Source of the DNA: an uncultured Candidatus Rokubacteria bacterium
GTDB taxonomy: Bacteria; Methylomirabilota; Methylomirabilia; Rokubacteriales; CSP1-6
Length of the DNA: 64,000 nt
Assembly (NCBI GenBank): GCA_963762145.1
Contig: CAVXJS010000011.1
Location: 352,001-416,000 of the forward strand
Direction: 5' to 3'
Positions 58,090 to 64,000 of the stretch are shown here, piece by piece. Made by a program: the position numbers and the translations under genes. The notes beneath the pieces were generated by a model. The model saw only the letters and a list, made by a program, of their open reading frames with translations. It had not been told where the DNA came from and did no database searches. Within the stretch, counting starts at the first letter, position 1; every line of letters begins with the position of its first letter.

Positions 58090-58823
58090 GCGAATCGCTC
58101 GGGATCTTCGTCGCGTTCTCGGCGGGCCTCTTCTCGTTCCTGTCTCCGTGCGTGCTGCCGCTCTTCCCGTCGTATCTCTCGTTCATCACCGGCATGTCGG
58201 TGGACCGGCTGACCAACGAGGTGACCGCGGGCGCCCGGACCCGGGTGCTCGTGCACTCGCTCGCCTTCATCCTGGGCTTCAGCGTGGTCTTCGTGAGCCT
58301 GGGCGCGTCGTTCAGCGCGGCGGGCCAGTTCCTGCTCGACTACCGCGAGTGGATCCGCATCGCGGGCGGCGTGCTGATCATCGTGTTCGGGCTCTACATC
58401 GCGGGCGTCCTGCGCATCGGGATCTTCGGCCGCACTCAGCAGCTGCAGATCCAGAGCAAGCCGGCCGGGCTGCTGGGCTCCTTTCTGGTCGGTCTCACGT
58501 TCGCGATCGGCTGGACGCCCTGCGTGGGCCCGATCCTGGGCTCGATCTTGACCCTGGCCAGCAGCGACCGGACGGTCGGTCAGGGCGTGACGCTCCTGCT
58601 CTTCTACTCGGCCGGCCTCGGGCTGCCGTTCCTGCTCTCCTCGGTGGCCCTCGGGGCCTTCCTGCGCTTCTTCAAGCGCTATCGCCCCTTCATCCCGACC
58701 GTGGAGCGCGCGGCGGGAGTCCTGCTGGTGCTCGTCGGGATCCTGGTCGTGACGAACTACTACGTGCTGCTGAACTCGTGGGCGATCAGCCTGACGCCGG
58801 AGTGGTTGCTCAAGCGGCTCTGA
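58086..58823 (+). CDS. ccdA: Cytochrome c biogenesis protein CcdA
   Basis: AG.FSFLSPCVLPL.P.Y, GWTPCVGPILG. Confidence 0.9.
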   Translation: MSESLGIFVAFSAGLFSFLSPCVLPLFPSYLSFITGMSVDRLTNEVTAGARTRVLVHSLAFILGFSVVFVSLGASFSAAGQFLLDYREWIRIAGGVLIIVFGLYIAGVLRIGIFGRTQQLQIQSKPAGLLGSFLVGLTFAIGWTPCVGPILGSILTLASSDRTVGQGVTLLLFYSAGLGLPFLLSSVALGAFLRFFKRYRPFIPTVERAAGVLLVLVGILVVTNYYVLLNSWAISLTPEWLLKRL

Positions 58824-59503
58824 CCGCCAGCCCGCCGATCCAGCGGTCGATCTCGTCCTGGACCCGCTCGAAGACCTCCTCCTGCGTGGCCGGTCCCGCG
58901 CTCGGGGCACCTTGAACGAGTGGTCGCCGCCCTCGACGACGTACAGGGTCGCCGTGCCGCCGAGCGAGGCGCAGCGCGGGCCGCAGCTCCTCGGGCGTGC
59001 CGAAGGCATCGCGCGAGCCCTGCACGATCAGCAGCGGCTGGCGGATCCGCGCCAGGTGCTCGGCCCGAAGCTGCTCCGGCCGGCCGGGCGGGTGCAGGGG
59101 ATAGCCCAGCGCCACGAGCCCCGCCAGGTCCGGGAGGCCCTGGGCCGCCAGGTGCGAGGCCATGCGGCCGCCCATGGACTTGCCGCCGATCACGAGCGGG
59201 GCCGCCGCGAGATCGGGTCGGGCGCGGATGGCGGTGATGACGTCGCGGAAGCAGGCCTCGAGGGTGGGGGCGCGGTCGGGCAGGCGCCGGCCCTGCTCGG
59301 TGTACGGGAAATTGAACGTCACGGCGTGGCAGCCGCGCCGGGCGAGGGCCAGGGCGAAGGCCACCATGAAGGCGCTCGACTGCGGCGCCCCCGCGCCGTG
59401 GGCCAGGATGAGGGTGGCGAGGGCGCGCGACGGGTCGGGGGGGCGGATACACGAGCGCGGTCACCGTCCCCGAGGCGACGGTGACGCGGACCGACTCGGC
59501 CAG
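58810..59503 (-). CDS. Alpha/beta hydrolase (KANL3/Tex30-like), frameshifted; start uncertain
   Basis: LAHGAG, FNFPY, GGKSMGGR, GYPLHPPG, QGSRD.FG, GGDHSF. Confidence 0.8.
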
Positions 59504-59518
59504 GACCGGTCCTCCGCC

Positions 59519-60914
59519 TCAGCCGCCGAGGAGATGCTCGGCGGCCTCCATCAGACTCTCGGACAGGGTGGGGTGCGCGTGGATGGTCACGGCCAGATCT
59601 TCGACCAGCGCGGCGGTCTCCACCGCCAGCGCGGCCTCGGCGATCAGCTCGCCCGCGCCGGGCCCGACGATGCCGACGCCACATACCCGCCCGGATGCCG
59701 CATCGGCGACGAGCTTGGTGAGCCCGTCCGCCCGGCCGAGTGTCGCCGCTCGACCTGATGCCGCCCACTGGAATTTCGCCACCTTGACCGATAGCCCCTG
59801 AGCTTTGGCCTGAGCCTCGCTCAGCCCGCACCAGGCAATCTCCGGGTCGGTGAAGACCACCGCCGGGATCGCCACGTTGTCGAACGCGGCGGGCCGTCCG
59901 GCCAGCACCTCCGCGGCGACCTTGCCCTGCCGCATCGCGCGGTGGGCGAGCATCGGCTCGCCGGTGACGTCACCGACCGCGTAGATGCGCGGGTCCTCGG
60001 TGCGGCAGCGCTCGTCCACCTGGATGAAGCGGCCGTGCTCGGTGAGCCGGACGCGGGTGGCCTCGAGGCCGAGGCCGTCGCTCTGGGCGCGCCGGCCCAC
60101 CGCCACCAGCACCCGGTCGAACCGCTCCGTGCCCCGACCCTCGAGATCGGCCTCGATCTCCGAGCCGAGCTCCCGGAGGCCGGCCACCCTGGTCGCGAGG
60201 TGGATCGTGCTGAAGATCTGCGTGACTCGCCGCTGGAGCGGCTGGACGAGGTCACGATCCACGCCGGGCAGCAGGCCGTCCGTCATCTCGACCAGGGTCA
60301 CACGGCTGCCCAGCATCGCGTAGACCGTGCCCAGCTCGAGGCCGATGTACCCGCCGCCGATCACGAGCAGCCGCTCCGGGATGTCGGGAAGCTCGAGCGC
60401 GGACGTGGAGTCCATGATCCGCTCGCTCTCGATCGTGAGGCCGGGCAGGCCGCTCGGACGTGAGCCGGTGGCCACGATCGCGTGCTTGAAGCGGACCTTC
60501 CGGAGCGTCTCGCCGGCCTCGATCCGCAGCGTGCTCGAGTCCTCGAAGATGCCCCGCCCCCCGATGACCTCGACCCCCTTGGCCTTCGCCACCGAGGCGA
60601 GCCCCCGCGCCAGCTTGCCGACGACCCGCTCCTGCTTCCACTTCCGCAGGGGGTCGAGCGAGATGCGCGGCTCGCCGAAGTCCACCCCGAACTCCTTCGC
60701 GCGCTCGGCCTCGCTCAGGACCGCGGCCACGTGCAGGAGGGCCTTGCTGGGGATGCAGCCCTCGAACAGGCATGCCCCGCCGAGGCGCTGCCGCCGCGTC
60801 GATCACCACGGTCTCGAGGCCGAGCTCGGCGCAGCGGAAGGCGGCGGAGTAGCCGCCCGGGCCGCCGCCCAGCACGGCCACGTCCACCTCGTCCACCAGC
60901 TCGCCCATGACCAT
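59519..60914 (-). CDS. lpdA: Dihydrolipoyl dehydrogenase (E3), frameshifted near 60790
   Basis: GGGPGGY, GGACLFEGCIPSK (read manually), GGGYIGLE, HAHPTLSE. Confidence 0.9.
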
Positions 60915-60917
60915 CGC

Positions 60918-62236
60918 TCAGCCCTCCCAGAGGAGCCGCTCGGGCGCCTCGAGGAGCTGCACGATCTCGGTCGCGAAGCGGGCGCCGTCGGCACCGTCGG
61001 CGACGCGATGGTCGAAGGTGAGGGTGAGCGGCAGCATGAGGCGCGGCACGATCTGGCCCTGCCGCACCACCGCCTCCTGGCGGGCGCGCGCCACGCCGAG
61101 GATGGCGACCTCGGGGTAGTTGATGATGGGGATCGCGGCGGTGCCGCCCAGGGCCCCGATATTGGTGATCGTGAAGGTGCCGCCGCGCAGGTCGTCGAGG
61201 GTGGCCTTGCCGTCGCGGACGCGCTGGGCCAGGGCGCCCAGCTCCCGGCCGATCTCCAGCACCGGCTTGCGATCGATGTCGCGCAGCACCGGCACGATGA
61301 GGCCGCGCTCGGTCGCCACCGCCACGCCGAGGTGGTAATAGCGCTTGAGCACCAGCTCACCCGCGCCGGGATCGAGGCTCGCGTTGAAGGTGGGATGGCG
61401 CAGCCAGGGCGAGCGCCGCCGCCTTCAGCAGGAACGCGGTCAAGGTGAGCGTCACACCCTTGGCCCGTGCGCGCCTCGAGGTTCCGGGCGATGATCGCGT
61501 CCAGGTCGGTGATGTCGGCGCGGTCGAAATGGGTGACGTGGGGAATCAGGGTCGCCGAGAGGGTCATGCGCTCGGCGATGGTGCGGCGCAGGTGCGAGAG
61601 CGGCGCGCGCTCCACCGGGCCCCACTGCTCGAAGCGCGGCAGCGGCGGGGTCTCGAGGCCTACGGTGGCCAGCGGCTTGGCGGGACCCGGCGGCGCGGCG
61701 GCCTTCGCGGCTGGCGCGGGAGCTGCGGCGCCCGGCGGAGTGGCCGCCGCGGCACGCACGTCCTCGTCGAGCACGCGGCCGCCCGGGCCGGTGCCGCGCA
61801 CCGCCTTGAGATCCACGCCCAGCTCGCGAGCCAGGCGCCGCGTGGCCGGCGTCGCGGGCGTCGGGCCTTCCGTGCGCGGGGCGGCCGCGGGAGCCGTCGC
61901 CGGGGCAGCGGCCGTCCGCGTGGCAGCCGCGGGCATCGGCGCCTTGGCCGGCGGCGTCGCGGGTGCGCTCCGGGTCGGTGCGGGCGCGCGCCGGCCGGGG
62001 CGCCATCGGCGAACGTGACGAGCGGCGCGCCGACCTTGACGCGTCTGGCCGGGCGCCACGTGGATCTTCTCCACCCGCCCGCCAATGGGCGAGGGAATCT
62101 CGACCTGCGCCTTGTCGGTCTCGACCTCGAGGAGCGGGGCGTCTTCCGCGATGACGTCGCCCTCACGCACGAGGACCGCGACGATCTCGGCCTCCGTCAA
62201 GCCTTCTCCTAGGTCAGGGAGGCTAAACGTCCGCAT
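60918..62236 (-). CDS. Dihydrolipoamide acyltransferase (E2), frameshifted
   Basis: LPDLGEG..VETDKA lipoyl site, PATRRLARELGVDL, FDHRVADG. Confidence 0.9.
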
Positions 62237-62250
62237 TTATTATATCCGCA

Positions 62251-63232
62251 TCAGTAGGACAGAGTCTCTCGGCAGGCGTCGACGAGCCGGGCCAGGTCGG
62301 GCAGGTTCGCGCGCTCGCGGGCGAATCCCACGAAGGGCACGTCATGGGCCGTCACCCGGCGGATCGGCGCCTCCAGCGACAGGAAGGCGCCCTCCATGAT
62401 GCTGGTCGCGATCTCGGCGCCGGGGCCGAAGCTCTTCGGCGCCTCGTGGACCACGACCGCGCGGCCCGTCTTCTGCACCGAGGCGGTCAACGTCTCGCGG
62501 TCCAGCGGCGAGATCGTGAGCAGGTCCACGATCTCGATCTCGGCCCCGTCCTCCTCCTTCAGGCGGTCGGCCGCCTCCCGGGCCATGCGGACCATGGCGC
62601 CGTAGGCGACCAGCGTGAGGTCCGTGCCGGCCCGGTCCACGTGGGCCCGCCCGATCTCCATGGTCTCGATCTCGTCCGGCACATCCTCCTTGGCCGCGTG
62701 GTAGAGCGCCTTGGCCTCGAAGAAGATCACCGGGTCGGGATCGCGGATCGCGGCGGCCAGCAGGGCCCGGGCATTGCGCGGACCCGAGGGGATCACCATC
62801 TTGAGCCCGGGGACGTGGGCGTAGAACTGCTCCTCGCTCTCCGAGTGATGCTCGAGGGCCCGCACCCCGCCGCCGAAGGGCATGCGCACCACCATCTGGC
62901 AGCCGAACCGCCCCTGGGTGCGCATGCGATAGCGCGCGACATGGTTCTCGATCTGATGGAAGCACTGGAAGGCGAAGCCCGAGAACTGGATCTCGCAGAC
63001 CGGCTTGAGGCCGTAGAGGGCCATGCCCACCGAGGCCCCGATGATGCCCGCCTCGGCGAGGGGGCTGTCCATCACCCGCGTACCGCCGAACTTGCGGTGG
63101 AGGTCCTCGGTGACGCGGAAGACGCCCGCCGTCCACCCCCACGTCCTCGCCGATCACGAGCACGTCCGGATCGCGCTCCATCTCCTGGAGCAGCGCCAGG
63201 TTCAGGGCCTTCACCATGTTCAGCTTGGCCAC
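62251..63232 (-). CDS. pdhB: 2-oxoacid dehydrogenase E1 beta subunit, frameshifted near 63125
   Basis: GEDVG..GGVFR, DSPLAE, EIQF, EHHSES, DPVIFFE. Confidence 0.85.
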
Positions 63233-64000
63233 GAGCGTCTCTGTCCTCTCATGGGTGGGCTGGGCGGGCCGGTCTCCGTTTGCGGCGCGCGGCCGAGCCG
63301 CGCCGCCATCTCGGCGCGCTGGACGGCGAGCGCGGCCGGCGGGTTGCCGTAGGCGTGATCGAACATGACGAGCGGATCCGGCGGCCCGGCCGCCTCGAAG
63401 GCGGCCACGTCGCGCGCGATCTCCGCGTCCACCGCCTCTTCCAGGCCGGGCTCCAGCAGGTTTCGCGACTCGAGATAGGCGCGGAAGCGGGTGAGCGGAT
63501 CCTTCCGCTCCCACGCCTCCACCTCCTCGGCCGAGCGGTACTTGGTGGGATCGTCGGAGGTGGTGTGCACGCCCAGGCGATAGGTGACGCATTCGATGAG
63601 GGTCGGGCCGTCGCCGCGGCGCGCCCGCTCGACCGCCTCGCGGCTGGCCGCGTACACCGCGAGCACGTCGTTGCCGTCCACCTGGAGACCCGGGAAGCCG
63701 TAGGCCAGCGCCTTCTGGGCGATCGTCCGCGAGTGGGTCTGCTTCTTGAGCGGAATCGAGATCGCCCACTGGTTGTTCTGCACGATGAAGACCACCGGCA
63801 CGTGCCACACGCCGGCGAAGTTCATGGCCTCGTGGAAGTCGCCCTCGGAGGTGGCCCCGTCGCCGCAGTACGCCATCACCACCGCGTCGTCCCCGCGGTA
63901 CTGCGCGGCGTAGGCCAGGCCCACCGCGTGCGGGACCTGGGTGGCGACCGGGATGCAGATCGGGAGGTCGAGCTGATCGGGCTCGGGCCGTCCGCCCTCG
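63220..64000 (-). CDS. pdhA: 2-oxoacid dehydrogenase E1 alpha subunit, 5'-truncated by the window edge
   Basis: GDGATSEGDFHE..N TPP motif, QNNQWAIS, VDGND, YR..HTTSDDP. Confidence 0.85.
   Translation of the reverse strand, partial: EGGRPEPDQLDLPICIPVATQVPHAVGLAYAAQYRGDDAVVMAYCGDGATSEGDFHEAMNFAGVWHVPVVFIVQNNQWAISIPLKKQTHSRTIAQKALAYGFPGLQVDGNDVLAVYAASREAVERARRGDGPTLIECVTYRLGVHTTSDDPTKYRSAEEVEAWERKDPLTRFRAYLESRNLLEPGLEEAVDAEIARDVAAFEAAGPPDPLVMFDHAYGNPPAALAVQRAEMAARLGRAPQTETGPPSPPMRGQRRSWPS

Noticed and set aside
1-64000. Genome-wide reassignment of TGA (to Trp or Gly) as the explanation for the in-frame TGAs
   Set aside because: TGA ends many genes at their expected C-termini (e.g. 503-505, 1258-1260, 34008-34010) and forms ATGA/GTGA overlaps. 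The internal TGAs occur only in Cys-like redox motif positions.

Overview
A very high-GC (roughly 70%+ by eye) bacterial chromosomal segment of about 68 housekeeping and accessory genes. The gene content and style resemble Candidatus Rokubacteria/Methylomirabilota, which is inference only. I saw no rRNA, tRNA, CRISPR array, transposase or prophage. Genes at about 1.5-20.3 kb and 58.9-63.2 kb carry many single-base frameshifts that look like long-read indel errors, while the middle is almost clean. The main result is a hidden selenoprotein system that the ORF track splits at in-frame TGA codons. Three paralogous UGSC-motif genes (TGA at 23062-23064 on the minus strand, 37300-37302 and 42959-42961) each read D-U-G-S-C. 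Each has a 9-bp hairpin starting exactly 10 nt after the UGA, with compensatory base changes between copies (a candidate SECIS). Each is also tied to the same uncharacterised ~345-aa partner protein: as an adjacent gene twice and as a translational fusion once. A fourth in-frame TGA (7359-7361) sits at the first position of a thioredoxin-like UxxC motif (FWTYG-U-YNC). Other content: a CP-ATP-grasp/alpha-E/transglutaminase cluster, LIV-type and peptide ABC transporters, sugar-acid catabolism genes, a 2-oxoacid dehydrogenase operon, several REP/MITE-like repeats, a DnaA-box cluster and probable leaderless genes.
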